64,000 nt of DNA. Origin: Candidatus Omnitrophota bacterium (lineage in GTDB: Bacteria; Omnitrophota; Gorgyraeia; JAFGHF01). The translations under genes were made by a program, and so were the position numbers. Where the stretch lies: positions 1,044,575 through 1,108,574 of the forward strand of contig CP070837.1 in NCBI GenBank assembly GCA_020341815.1, given 5' to 3'. The notes beneath the pieces were generated by a model. It saw nothing but the letters and a program-made list of their open reading frames with translations. It was not told the DNA's origin and searched no databases. Position 1 is the stretch's first letter. Each line of letters begins with the position of its first letter. Below are positions 19,426-29,268 of the stretch, piece after piece.

Positions 19426-20720
19426 TCTTTTATCTTCCTCTCATAACCGATAGGTGTAGGGATATAGTATTTCTTCTCTGCGGGTAAGTATTCCTGGGGC
19501 ACAAAATGGTTTTTGTAATCATGGGCGTATTTGTAATCCTGGCCATGCCCCAATCGCTCTGCGCCCGGGTATGTCCCTACCCTTAAATGCTTGGGCACCT
19601 CAAGCGTCTTTTTCTGCTTCACATCGCGCAAGGCCTTTTCTATTCCCAGATAGGCGGCATTGCTTTTGGGTGCGCAGGCAATATAAACTGCGGCCTGGGC
19701 CAGGGGAATTCGCGCCTCGGGCATACCGACAAATTCAGAAATTTGTAACGCCGCATTAGCCACGACTAATGCTTGAGGGTCGGCATTACCCACGTCCTCC
19801 GCCGCGCAGATACATATCCTGCGCGCAATAAAGCGGGGGTCTTCTCCGGCATAAATCATCTTTGCCAGCCAATAAAGAGCAGCATCGGGGTCGGAGCCAC
19901 GCATACTTTTAATAAAAGCGGAAATCGTATCGTAATGGGCACTGCCTGCCTTATCATAAACAACTGCCTTCTTCTGAATAGATTCCTCGGCAACCTTTAA
20001 CGTAAAGTTTATTCTGCCCTCTTTATCGGGCTTAGTGGTAAGCGCCCCCAGCTCCAGGGCATTAAGCGCCCGGCGGGCGTCACCGTCTGAGGCCCCGGCC
20101 AGATATTTCAAGGCGGCGGCTTCCATTTTGATGGGCAATTTTCCTAAGCCCCGTTCTTTATTCTTTAAAGCGGCATTTAAAATGGCAAGGACCTCTTCCT
20201 GCTTTAAGGGGTTTAAGGAAAAGACGATGGAACGCGAAAGAAGCGCCGCTACTATAGAAAAAAACGGGTTGTGCACCGTGGCTCCGATAAGCACAACATT
20301 AGCCTCTTCCACGTCCGGCAAAACAACATCCTGCTGGGCCTTGTTAAAGCGGTGGATTTCATCGATAAAAAGCGTCGTCCTTTTCCGGAGAGTATTTTTT
20401 CGCTGTCTGGCCTGTGAAATTATCCTGCGCAGCTCATCCACATTGGAGGTGGTGGCATTTATTCTTTCGAAGTGGGAGCTGGTGGCATTGCTGACGATAT
20501 GGGCAAGGCAGGTCTTTCCTGTTCCCGGCGGGCCGTAAAGAATTAAAGAGCTGATCCTGTCTGCTGTGATTGCCCGGGTAAGAAGCTTATCCGGCCCTAA
20601 GATGTGCCTCTGCCCCACAAAGTCCTTTAGATTTTGCGGACGCATACGCACAGCCAGCGGCATAAGCTTATTATTTTTTGTCTTGTTAGGTTTCTTTTCG
20701 AACAGGTCCATTGAGCTCAT
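19401..20720 (-). CDS. rarA: Replication-associated recombination protein A
   Basis: PLA.RMRP, GPPGTGKT, DEIHRFNK, SAFIKSMRGSDPDA. Confidence 0.96.
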   Translation of the reverse strand: MSSMDLFEKKPNKTKNNKLMPLAVRMRPQNLKDFVGQRHILGPDKLLTRAITADRISSLILYGPPGTGKTCLAHIVSNATSSHFERINATTSNVDELRRIISQARQRKNTLRKRTTLFIDEIHRFNKAQQDVVLPDVEEANVVLIGATVHNPFFSIVAALLSRSIVFSLNPLKQEEVLAILNAALKNKERGLGKLPIKMEAAALKYLAGASDGDARRALNALELGALTTKPDKEGRINFTLKVAEESIQKKAVVYDKAGSAHYDTISAFIKSMRGSDPDAALYWLAKMIYAGEDPRFIARRICICAAEDVGNADPQALVVANAALQISEFVGMPEARIPLAQAAVYIACAPKSNAAYLGIEKALRDVKQKKTLEVPKHLRVGTYPGAERLGHGQDYKYAHDYKNHFVPQEYLPAEKKYYIPTPIGYERKIKEWLEKLRP

Positions 20721-20726
20721 AAAAAA

Positions 20727-20879
20727 ATCCCCGCGCACGCCGTGCGAGTTTGATAATTTTGAACCCATTTTTATAGGTGGGTACCCTCACAGATACGTTA
20801 AGCCGCATCTAGATTCAGGTTCCCTATAAGATGGTGTTGGCTCAAAAGTTACCAAATCAGCACGCGCATGGCAGGGAAT
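20727..20879 (-). ncRNA. ssrS: 6S RNA
   Basis: Long rod with paired ends (tccctgcc/gcgggga), ttgagcc/gggttcaa helix, central bubble; promoter TTGTAT-17-TATACT at 20888-20916; lies downstream of pheT in the ygfA-rny neighbourhood. Confidence 0.85.
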
Positions 20880-20938
20880 CTATTTAAAGTATATCATACC
20901 CCGCTGGCAAATACAAGTTGTCTTTCTGAGGCTCTCAA

Positions 20939-23047
20939 TCATCGCACCTGGCTTTTGAGTTCTTTATTTAAAGCCTGGCGGACCTCCAGATGAAGCTTAT
21001 CCACTTCCTGCGCAGTCAGAGTCCGCTCCTTGCTGCAATATTTTATAGAAAAGCTCAAGCCCCGAGAGCCTGAAGGAATCTGTTCCCCGAAATACTGGTC
21101 AAAAAGCGTAACTTTCGTTACCAGTTCCCTGCCAATGTTGTTGATTATCGAAACAATCTGTTCTGCGTTAACCTCCTGCGGTACAATTAAAGAGACATCC
21201 CTTTCTATCGAAGGAAATCTCACCAACGGCACAAATCTCTTCTCCCGGCGAATACGCGAGAGAAGCTTGCTCAATTGCAGACTGCAGACATAAACCGCAG
21301 TATTTATATCAAATCTTTCCAAAACCTCTTTCTTTACTTCTCCCAAAAAGCCGAAAGCGGAGCTCTTTTCTCCAGAAAACACAAGAGCCGATGAGCGGCC
21401 TGAAACAAAAACGGGAAAGTCTTCTTCGGCAAAACGAAAATCTTCTATGCCCAGTTTCCTCAGGAGAGTCTCTACAATGCCTTTAAGGTCGAAAAAGCAA
21501 TATTCGCCCGACTTCTTCATCCAGTTATCGTCTTTTTTACCGGCAATACCGATGCAGAGCTCGGTAGATTCAGGCCTGCCGCTTTCCTTAATATAGACAC
21601 GGCTCAACTCAAAAAGCTTTAGATTCGTATTCTTGCGGTTAATGTTGGTAACTATACTGTTTAACATCCCCACAAGCAGACTGGGGCGCAAAATCTCCTG
21701 CTCATAACTCAAAGGATTTTTTATTGTCAATGTCTCATAAGGCGCACCTAATTTCCTCAAGGCCTGACGGCTGATTAAGCTGTAAGTCATAATCTCATTA
21801 AGTCCGAGAGATGCCAGAATCTCACGCACGGCATTATAGGTCGTCTCACTGGTAAGCTCAAGGCCTCCCGCGGAAGAAAGATTCGGCGCTAATCGGGCCA
21901 GGCTCAAAGGAATATTATCATAACCATACAGGCGGGTAACCTCCTCGATTAAATCTGCCTCCCGACTGATATCATTGCGAAAACTGGGAACGGCTACCGT
22001 AATAGCTTCCTTAGACCTGCGGACAATTGCAAATTGCAGTTTGCGCAAGGCCTCTTTAATATAGGCCGGGGAAATCTCCACCCCCAAGGCCTCGGCTACT
22101 TTTGCATAACGCAGGCGGACTTTATTTATTTGGCCCGGTTTTACGGCTTTAGTTTTAGCTCGCCCCCGCGCAGCAACCGGGCGCTTATCGATAAGCTTTC
22201 CGATAAGCACTTTCCGGGACCTGCCTTTACTCGGACGGGCCAATTTTTTTATTAGTTCTATGGCCCGTAAGGCGCCTTCCGAGACACCGGCCCAATCCAC
22301 GCCTCTTTCGAAACGATAGGAAGACTGCGAGGCCAGCCCTAACTTCCGTGAAGTGTTGTGGATATTTAAGGCGTCGAAAAAGGCACTTTCCAATAGAATG
22401 CTTGTGGTGGTCTCGCTAACCTCGCTATTTTTCCCTCCCATAATCCCGGCTATGGCCCGAGGGCTTGCTTTATCCGCAATCACCAAAACGCTGCGGTCCA
22501 GATTTCTTTGCAAGCCGTCGATTGTAACTATTTGCTCGCTCTCCTCAGCAGGCCTGACAATTATCCTGCGGCCTTCCAGCTTATCCAAATCAAAGGCGTG
22601 CAAGGGCTGGCCGAATTCCAAAAGACAGAAGTTGGTAATATCTACGATATTATTTACCGCGCGGATACCCATCGCCTCAAGACGCTGAATCAACCAGGCA
22701 GGAGAAGGACGGACTTCGATATTCTTGATTACGCATCCTATATATCTTCGGCAGAGGTCCTTTTCCTGAATTTGAATGGGCACGCTCAAGACGGACCTGC
22801 CGCGGGAAGAAGTGCTTTTGGGGATTTTAAGTTTTTTGTCTGTGATTGCCGCTACCTCCCTGGCAATACCTATAATGCTTAAGCAATCCGTACGGTTAGG
22901 CGTAACCTCAATTTCCATAATTGTGTCGGCCTCATGCTTTGTCATAGAGGTTACCTCCAGTCCCGCCATGGTCAGCTTATCCGCCAGAGACTGGGGTGAA
23001 ATTCTGATATCTACATAATCTTTAAGCCAATTGAATGAAACGCGCAT
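20939..23047 (-). CDS. pheT: Phenylalanine-tRNA ligase beta subunit (short form)
   Basis: TPNR.DCLS, GQPLHAFD, RFERGVD, C-terminal FDX-ACB domain. Confidence 0.95.
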   Translation of the reverse strand: MRVSFNWLKDYVDIRISPQSLADKLTMAGLEVTSMTKHEADTIMEIEVTPNRTDCLSIIGIAREVAAITDKKLKIPKSTSSRGRSVLSVPIQIQEKDLCRRYIGCVIKNIEVRPSPAWLIQRLEAMGIRAVNNIVDITNFCLLEFGQPLHAFDLDKLEGRRIIVRPAEESEQIVTIDGLQRNLDRSVLVIADKASPRAIAGIMGGKNSEVSETTTSILLESAFFDALNIHNTSRKLGLASQSSYRFERGVDWAGVSEGALRAIELIKKLARPSKGRSRKVLIGKLIDKRPVAARGRAKTKAVKPGQINKVRLRYAKVAEALGVEISPAYIKEALRKLQFAIVRRSKEAITVAVPSFRNDISREADLIEEVTRLYGYDNIPLSLARLAPNLSSAGGLELTSETTYNAVREILASLGLNEIMTYSLISRQALRKLGAPYETLTIKNPLSYEQEILRPSLLVGMLNSIVTNINRKNTNLKLFELSRVYIKESGRPESTELCIGIAGKKDDNWMKKSGEYCFFDLKGIVETLLRKLGIEDFRFAEEDFPVFVSGRSSALVFSGEKSSAFGFLGEVKKEVLERFDINTAVYVCSLQLSKLLSRIRREKRFVPLVRFPSIERDVSLIVPQEVNAEQIVSIINNIGRELVTKVTLFDQYFGEQIPSGSRGLSFSIKYCSKERTLTAQEVDKLHLEVRQALNKELKSQVR

Positions 23048-23063
23048 AGAAGTTCCCTTTTGG

Positions 23064-24086
23064 TTAAAACTGTTTAAGAAATCTTACGTCATTTTCAAAA
23101 AATAAACGGATATCGGTAATGCCGTATTTTAACATCGCTATTCTTTCTACGCCCATGCCAAAGGCAAAACCGCGCCAGAGCTCACTATCATATTTGACCG
23201 CGCTGAATACATTCGGGTCAACCAATCCCGCACCCAGTATCTCCAGCCACCCCTTAAACGAACAGACCCGGCAGCCGCTTCCTGCGCAGATAATGCAGGA
23301 GATATCTATCTCGGCGCTGGGTTCGGTGAAAGGGAAAAAGTGGGGCCGGAAGCGCATTTGAGTTTCCTGCCCGAACATCTCGCGCACAAAAACAGAAAGC
23401 GTCCCTTTCAAATCGGCAAAGGTTATATTTTTATCCACCGCCAGGCCTTCTATCTGGTGAAACATAAAGGAATGACTGGCATCGGTAGCATCGGGACGAA
23501 ATACCTTGCCCGGGGCAACAATCTTTAAAGGGGGCTTCTCCTTCTCCATTACCCTTATCTGTACGGGCGAGGTCTGGCTGCGCAGGAGCTTGCCGTTATC
23601 CAGATAAAAAGTATGGAATGTCTCCCGAGAGGGATGGCCTTCGGGGATATTTAAAGCCGTAAAGTTATAATAGTCTGTTTCTATTTCCGGGCCATCCACT
23701 ACCTTAAAGCCTAAATTCATAAATATCTGGCTGATTTGCCGCATTGTTTGCGTAACGGGGTGAATACTGCCTAATTCCTGATGTATGCCCGGCATGGTAA
23801 TATCAATCTTTAGCCGCTCTTTCTCTTTTTTCTTGCGCAACAAATCATGCCTGCTGCGCAATTCCTGTTCCAATTTTCTCTTTAGAAGATTTGCCGACTT
23901 TCCCGCTTCCGGCCTGTATTTTAAAGGGACCTTAGGGATGCTCTTAAGCAATTGCGTAAGCAAGCCTTTTCTCCCCAGGTACTTAGCCTTCAAGTTCTGC
24001 AGCTCTTCCTCGTTCACAATCTTTTCTATCTGGATGAGAGCTTCTTTTTCTATCTTTTCTATTTTTTTGCGCATATTTTTGTACAT
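23064..24086 (-). CDS. pheS: Phenylalanine-tRNA ligase alpha subunit
   Basis: HSFMFHQIEG, FPFTEPS, FAFGMGVER. Confidence 0.97.
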   Translation of the reverse strand: MYKNMRKKIEKIEKEALIQIEKIVNEEELQNLKAKYLGRKGLLTQLLKSIPKVPLKYRPEAGKSANLLKRKLEQELRSRHDLLRKKKEKERLKIDITMPGIHQELGSIHPVTQTMRQISQIFMNLGFKVVDGPEIETDYYNFTALNIPEGHPSRETFHTFYLDNGKLLRSQTSPVQIRVMEKEKPPLKIVAPGKVFRPDATDASHSFMFHQIEGLAVDKNITFADLKGTLSVFVREMFGQETQMRFRPHFFPFTEPSAEIDISCIICAGSGCRVCSFKGWLEILGAGLVDPNVFSAVKYDSELWRGFAFGMGVERIAMLKYGITDIRLFFENDVRFLKQF

Positions 24087-24088
24087 TT

Positions 24089-24580
24089 TTATCTAAACCT
24101 TCCCGTAATCAAGTGAATAATGGCCAAAGCAAAAGCTATAGCCGACAAAATTATGCTCATTTTAATCTTTTCGGCGTCCAGGGGATGCTCAACAGCTTCT
24201 CCTTCCTGAACTATGCTAATCTTCTCGGCGTGGATATCGGTATCGCCTCCGTGCTCAGGGCACCAGCGCCGAAAGGTTCCTTTCACGGAAATTATATCTC
24301 CCTTAAAAGCGTAACTGCCCTTATATTTAATTTTTTCAACCAGCTCTTTAGGGCAGATTATTCCCATGACACCGCTTTCATCGCTTACATTTATCCAGGC
24401 AAAGTCTTTACGAACCATTACATCTCCGATTACCTCTCCTTTGTAAACTATCTCTTTTCCGTCGTATTGCTGGGGGCTTTTTACAAGCTCCTCTGCGGTA
24501 ACCGCTGCAGCCTGGACATCATAAATTGACAGCTGAAAATAAACGCTAAACAATAAAATCAAAATGATAAATATTCTCAT
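24089..24580 (-). CDS. Membrane-anchored OB-fold protein coupled to trkH
   Basis: Signal/TM at both ends, GEVIGD and GDII.V.G strands; ATGA overlap with trkH. Confidence 0.7.
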   Translation of the reverse strand: MRIFIILILLFSVYFQLSIYDVQAAAVTAEELVKSPQQYDGKEIVYKGEVIGDVMVRKDFAWINVSDESGVMGIICPKELVEKIKYKGSYAFKGDIISVKGTFRRWCPEHGGDTDIHAEKISIVQEGEAVEHPLDAEKIKMSIILSAIAFALAIIHLITGRFR

Positions 24581-26079
24581 TTTCCTCTTACCAGAGCAAT
24601 GATTGTGCCCAAAAGAGCAAATACCGAGACGAATTCCAGTCTCCCCGCCCACATCTGAAATATATAGGTAATCTTTAAAGCCGCCGGCATCGAAGGTCGA
24701 GTAATCCCGCAGGAAAGCCCGACATTGGCCCCGGCGGAGACCGATTCAAACAGGGCCAATTTTAATGGGTAGCCTAAAGCGATGCCCGCCAATGTCCCCA
24801 AGAGATACAAAAAGATATAGGCAAGGGTAATTAAGGCAACCTGCCTGAGGAGCTTTTCCCCTAATACTATATCCTTAATGTGGTGTATTTTATCCATTAC
24901 TACGGCGCTGCGCGGAAGCATAGTCCTTTTGATATCTTCCAGTAGCGCCCTAAAAATTACCCCTATACGCAGTATCTTAATTCCTCCGGCGGTAGAGCAG
25001 GCGCCTGCGCCCATAGCCATACACAAGATAACCCCCATTAAAGACAAAGCCCGCCACTCCCCTACAAACTGCAGGGGATGGATAGTCATGTAACCGGTGC
25101 CCGTATGGGCGGAAATTACCTGATAAAATCCTTTGCGGAACAAGCTGGATACCCCCGGATAAGACCCTGCGGAGGCAAGGCCGAATGCGGTTAATCCAAA
25201 TAATAACATTATAGAAATAAAGAAACTCACCGTCTCGATATTGCGAAAAATCTCCTTCCGCTTGCCCGCCCAAAGGGCATAATGCAGGCGAAAATTGAGG
25301 CTGCCCAGAAGCATCAGGGAAATAGTAATCAGCTCAAAAGTAAAATTATGGTAATAGAGAATATTCTGCGACTGGGGCGCAAAGCCGCCGGTATCCCATG
25401 CCGCCATAGCCACCCATAGCCCGTGAAAAAAAGATTTAACCGCGGGCACGCCGGAAGAAAATGCCGTCACAGATAAGGCCAACGTCCCCACCAAAAGATA
25501 AACCAGGCTCACCAGCCAGATAAAACGGGCGGTCTGCACCACATTAGGCAGGACCTTCTCGTCCCTGGCCTCACCCACATAAACAGGAAGGGCACTGCCT
25601 GCCCCGCGCACCAGAAAGGTAATAGCAACAATCATTATCCCCTGCCCGCCGATATACATGGTCAAATGCCGCCACATATTATGGGCAAAAGAGAGGTGAT
25701 CCAAGTCCTGTACCAGAGTCAAGCCCGTGGTGGCAAATCCGCTCATGGCATCAAAACAGGCATCTAAGTATCCTCCCCAATGTCTGCTTAAGTAAAGAGG
25801 AACTGCCCCGAAGAACATCGCCAGGAGCCACGATAAAGACACTATCACCATTCCGTGTTTCCAGGTTGGCTCTTTGTGGGTAAAACAGATGAGTATCAGG
25901 ACGTAGCCTGCACTCAGGCAAAAAGAGGCGGCAATTACAAAGTCCAAGGCGGCGGCATGTTCGCCAAGACACACAGCAACCAAAAGCGGAATTAACATTA
26001 AAAGGCCCAAGCCCAAAATTACCCTGCCGCTGTATTGCCCGATAATCTTGATATCCTGAAGCTGCGGCCGCAGAATCAT
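24577..26079 (-). CDS. trkH: Trk potassium uptake membrane subunit
   Basis: SGFATTG, GGQG, STAGGIK, NVGLS, GRLEF. Confidence 0.93.
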   Translation of the reverse strand: MILRPQLQDIKIIGQYSGRVILGLGLLMLIPLLVAVCLGEHAAALDFVIAASFCLSAGYVLILICFTHKEPTWKHGMVIVSLSWLLAMFFGAVPLYLSRHWGGYLDACFDAMSGFATTGLTLVQDLDHLSFAHNMWRHLTMYIGGQGIMIVAITFLVRGAGSALPVYVGEARDEKVLPNVVQTARFIWLVSLVYLLVGTLALSVTAFSSGVPAVKSFFHGLWVAMAAWDTGGFAPQSQNILYYHNFTFELITISLMLLGSLNFRLHYALWAGKRKEIFRNIETVSFFISIMLLFGLTAFGLASAGSYPGVSSLFRKGFYQVISAHTGTGYMTIHPLQFVGEWRALSLMGVILCMAMGAGACSTAGGIKILRIGVIFRALLEDIKRTMLPRSAVVMDKIHHIKDIVLGEKLLRQVALITLAYIFLYLLGTLAGIALGYPLKLALFESVSAGANVGLSCGITRPSMPAALKITYIFQMWAGRLEFVSVFALLGTIIALVRGK

Positions 26080-26204
26080 CTCCAACCCCCGCTAATAAGC
26101 CAGGATATCCCCAGGGCACAGAGCATAATAAAAACGGTCATCATAATCTCCGTACTAATACCTAAGAAAACCAGCCATATCTTGACAAAATTTTTTCCAA
26201 TCAT
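26076..26204 (-). CDS. Small membrane protein (42 aa) between trkA and trkH
   Basis: MIGKNFVKIWLVFLGISTEIMMTVFIMLCALGISWLISGGWR; ATGA overlaps at both ends. Confidence 0.65.
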   Translation of the reverse strand: MIGKNFVKIWLVFLGISTEIMMTVFIMLCALGISWLISGGWR

Positions 26205-26872
26205 TTAGGGACCTTGCCAATTAAGACATCTAAAAGTTCCTGTTCATTTTCAATAGCGGTTAAGGCAATAATGTCGTCGTTGGCCTGTAAGAGCGTCTCG
26301 CCGTGAGGAATAATCACATCTTCCCCCCTGATGAGGGAAACCAATACCGAGGCCCGGGGAAGCTTTATCTCTCTCACCGGTTTGTTTACGCAAGGAGAAT
26401 TACTGGTTAAATCCACCCTGACCAAAGCCAGTTTTCCCCGCTTGAAAGTCATCAGGGTAACCAGGTCTTCCAGAGAGACTTCTTCTTCGATGATTTTGGC
26501 AATGATAGAGGTGGAATCCACCGCTACATCTACGCCAATCTCATTAAAGGTGTGGGCATTTTTAGGGTCATTTACCCTGGCCACTGTGCGCTTGACCTTG
26601 GAGGACTGCTTTGCCAGCTGGCAAACCATCAAATTGGCCTCATCGCTTCCGGTTACCGCAGCTACCACATCAGCGCGATTTATGCCGGCATCTTCCAGAT
26701 AACGGGAATTACAACCATCCCCGTTAATTAAGAGGACATTGCCCAGGTCTCTGGCAATCTCATCGCAGGTTGCCGCATCCTTCTCGATTAAACTGACCGT
26801 ATGATGCGCCTCGGAAAGCTCTTTAGCCAGATAAAATCCGACTTTACCTCCGCCAACTATGACAATATACAT
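26201..26872 (-). CDS. trkA: TrkA-family RCK subunit
   Basis: IVGGGKVG Rossmann motif plus TrkA-C domain. Confidence 0.92.
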   Translation of the reverse strand: MYIVIVGGGKVGFYLAKELSEAHHTVSLIEKDAATCDEIARDLGNVLLINGDGCNSRYLEDAGINRADVVAAVTGSDEANLMVCQLAKQSSKVKRTVARVNDPKNAHTFNEIGVDVAVDSTSIIAKIIEEEVSLEDLVTLMTFKRGKLALVRVDLTSNSPCVNKPVREIKLPRASVLVSLIRGEDVIIPHGETLLQANDDIIALTAIENEQELLDVLIGKVPK

Positions 26873-26887
26873 TTTATCCTTCCTATC

Positions 26888-27223
26888 TTATTCATACCGC
26901 CTCAAGGCCTTTATGCCTGTTGAGGTATTTATCCTAACAGAGGAAGCCATTGAGTCTCCTGTATCTACTAAAACTATTGCGTAAGTTGCACCCCCTTTTC
27001 TTATTCTTAAAGGAGAAACCGATGTCTCTGCCAACTCACAAGCTATCTTCACTGCCTGACCTCCATAACGCACTCTCAGGCCTATATCCATAAACTCTAC
27101 GTCGAGCTCTGCCATGGCGGAACCATCGCCAGCGCCGCCTAAATAATATAACGCAAATGCCTCTTGCGCACTTACTGCCAATAGAAAGAAAAGCAGGATT
27201 AGAGTTAATTTATAACGCTTCAT
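26888..27223 (-). CDS. Small secreted protein (GGxGDG motif plus DIGLR...SPLRI domain)
   Basis: Signal peptide MKRYKLTLILLFFLLAVSAQEAFA; AAGGA RBS. Confidence 0.7.
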   Translation of the reverse strand: MKRYKLTLILLFFLLAVSAQEAFALYYLGGAGDGSAMAELDVEFMDIGLRVRYGGQAVKIACELAETSVSPLRIRKGGATYAIVLVDTGDSMASSVRINTSTGIKALRRYE

Positions 27224-27249
27224 TTTAAACAATTCCTTAATGGTAATAC

Positions 27250-28848
27250 CTATGGAGCGGTGCTGGCGCAACGGCCGCCGACCTCAAAGTTCCGAGGCGT
27301 GAAGGCGTGGGCAGCGCTGTGGCGGGCTGAAACACGGGCATACGCCGCACTACTGAGCCAATCGCCGCCGCGGAAGCCGGCACCTTGAGCATCTGTGCCT
27401 GGCCAATCAGCGTTGGTAGCAAAGCCGGTTGAACTTAAACTTCCGTCTCCGTGCGAACCAGCAAAGTCTGATACAGTTACCCCTGTTTGTGAATCCATTA
27501 CGCACACCGGGGTTTCAAATAAGTTTCCTGAGAGCTCCATTACTCCATAATATCCTGCGCCGGCTTCCTCTCTGGTGTCATCAGAATCAGTAAGGCTTCC
27601 GCATCTTAAAGGACCTTGAACCGAACCATGGTTACCATAAACGCAATTTGCTGCATTAGAAGGCACTTCGTTTGTCTGGCCGGAATTACTTATGCCTGTT
27701 GCCTGGGTAATACTGGTTGAACCCCAAGCATATTCACGGGCTACCACGGCTTGGCCGCCTCTTGCGGCTTTCTCAAATTCCAGTTCACTAAAAGGTCTTA
27801 AAGCTGCCCAGTCAGCATAAGCCGCCGTATCCCTCCAGGATAAGTAATTTGCGGCAATCTCTTCTCCGTCTGTAGATTCGTTAAAAATTCCGTCACCGTC
27901 AAGGTCGCAGCCAAAGGTGATAGGGCCTGAAGGAATAGAGGCAGGCGCTCTTATTCCATTTCTATAATAAGGGATGCCGGTATTGGGCATTACAAAGCTA
28001 CCTGCAGCTTGTGAGGCAGTGCGGCTATTCTGCTGGGTTCTGGTCAGGGTGTTTAGGAATTCTTTGTATTGACCTTGGGAAATCTCATACTTCATAATGT
28101 AAAAGGCATTATAGCCGGTAGGATAACTTGCTCCTAACTGGGTTCGCGCAGCAGGAAGATTACCGGCATAAGCCGATTCATTCACCCAGGTAATATCACC
28201 GGCAGTGCCTGTTCCATTATTGACATTGGAAATATAAGGAGCGTTAGAGGTAATTAAAGCCGGATCCCGGGGGTTTGTTGCATCAGCTGCATCAAAAAAA
28301 TGGCTGTTTGAGCTACCGGTTCTATTGGTACCATCTCCCACATAAAAATTACAGGTGGGGATATAAACCATTTCAATAGCAAAGACTTTAATTTTAACAA
28401 TATTGCTATCGGCAACGCCATCTGTTCCATAGGCCCACCTGATTTCAGCATCATTCCAGTCCACTGAACCTGAACCCGCTGCGGAGCGATAGATAAAAAC
28501 CCCTCTATATACGCCGAAAGTTGCGGCAAAATCCATTTGCGAGCCTGCGGGAGCAACATTGCCGGTATTTAAAAGACTGCAATGTCCCCAATCCGACCAA
28601 TTGCCGTCAGAATAAGCAGAATACTTAGCAAATAACCATACTGCATCCCAGTTAGCTGTGGGGCTGGGCGATCCTGTTATGCGCCAGGAATTGTCCCATG
28701 AGACATCAAATTTCATATCATAGGTATCATTGGTCGTATCCTTATCTTCCAAAGAAATATTCTCCAGAACTACATTGCTTGCAAAAGAAACTGCGGGAAT
28801 GGCTATAATAAAAATAAAAATTATTAAAAATTGCATTTTTTGTCTCAT
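27250..28848 (-). CDS. Secreted FGE-sulfatase/C-type-lectin-fold protein
   Basis: Signal peptide; MKYEISQGQY, ELEFEKAARG, YGVMELSGN, RGGDW...GGR. Confidence 0.85.
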   Translation of the reverse strand: MRQKMQFLIIFIFIIAIPAVSFASNVVLENISLEDKDTTNDTYDMKFDVSWDNSWRITGSPSPTANWDAVWLFAKYSAYSDGNWSDWGHCSLLNTGNVAPAGSQMDFAATFGVYRGVFIYRSAAGSGSVDWNDAEIRWAYGTDGVADSNIVKIKVFAIEMVYIPTCNFYVGDGTNRTGSSNSHFFDAADATNPRDPALITSNAPYISNVNNGTGTAGDITWVNESAYAGNLPAARTQLGASYPTGYNAFYIMKYEISQGQYKEFLNTLTRTQQNSRTASQAAGSFVMPNTGIPYYRNGIRAPASIPSGPITFGCDLDGDGIFNESTDGEEIAANYLSWRDTAAYADWAALRPFSELEFEKAARGGQAVVAREYAWGSTSITQATGISNSGQTNEVPSNAANCVYGNHGSVQGPLRCGSLTDSDDTREEAGAGYYGVMELSGNLFETPVCVMDSQTGVTVSDFAGSHGDGSLSSTGFATNADWPGTDAQGAGFRGGDWLSSAAYARVSARHSAAHAFTPRNFEVGGRCASTAP

Positions 28849-28860
28849 GTTCTATTTCTG

Positions 28861-29268
28861 TTAAGGTCCTACATCCGTCCTGAGCCAGATTAGCCCATCG
28901 ATATCTTCAAGGTCTGCTTCATCTTCGTCTGAACCTACCAGCTGTATAACCAGACCGCCGGTTGCCTTTATAATTCCTGCCACCTCTAAGTTCGCCGTCG
29001 GCTGCAGCGTCCCGATACCTACATTACCCTCTATTACCAAATCGGCGTCTTGAGAGATTTCGTTGGGATCAAGGCTACCGCCTGCATCCCAGGGATATGT
29101 AGCGGCGTTATAATAGCCATCTCCTATGGCCATTCTTTGGGCACGCATCTGGCGATATATCCCGTATGGTGCGGGGTAATAGGTGGTCAGGGTGATTTCC
29201 TCGGCAAAGGATGCGGTGGGAAAAATAGCAGCCAAACCAATTATAAGCATTGCACTGATTTTAGGCAT
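28861..29268 (-). CDS. Secreted fibre-like protein (EEITLTTYYPAPYG plus GNVGIGT repeat)
   Basis: Signal peptide; GNVGIGTLQPTANLEVAG beta-fibre repeat. Confidence 0.7.
   Translation of the reverse strand: MPKISAMLIIGLAAIFPTASFAEEITLTTYYPAPYGIYRQMRAQRMAIGDGYYNAATYPWDAGGSLDPNEISQDADLVIEGNVGIGTLQPTANLEVAGIIKATGGLVIQLVGSDEDEADLEDIDGLIWLRTDVGP

Noticed and set aside
20721-20768. N-terminal extension of RarA in the ORF track
   Set aside because: Overlaps the 6S RNA; the ATG at 20720 or the next Met is more plausible.
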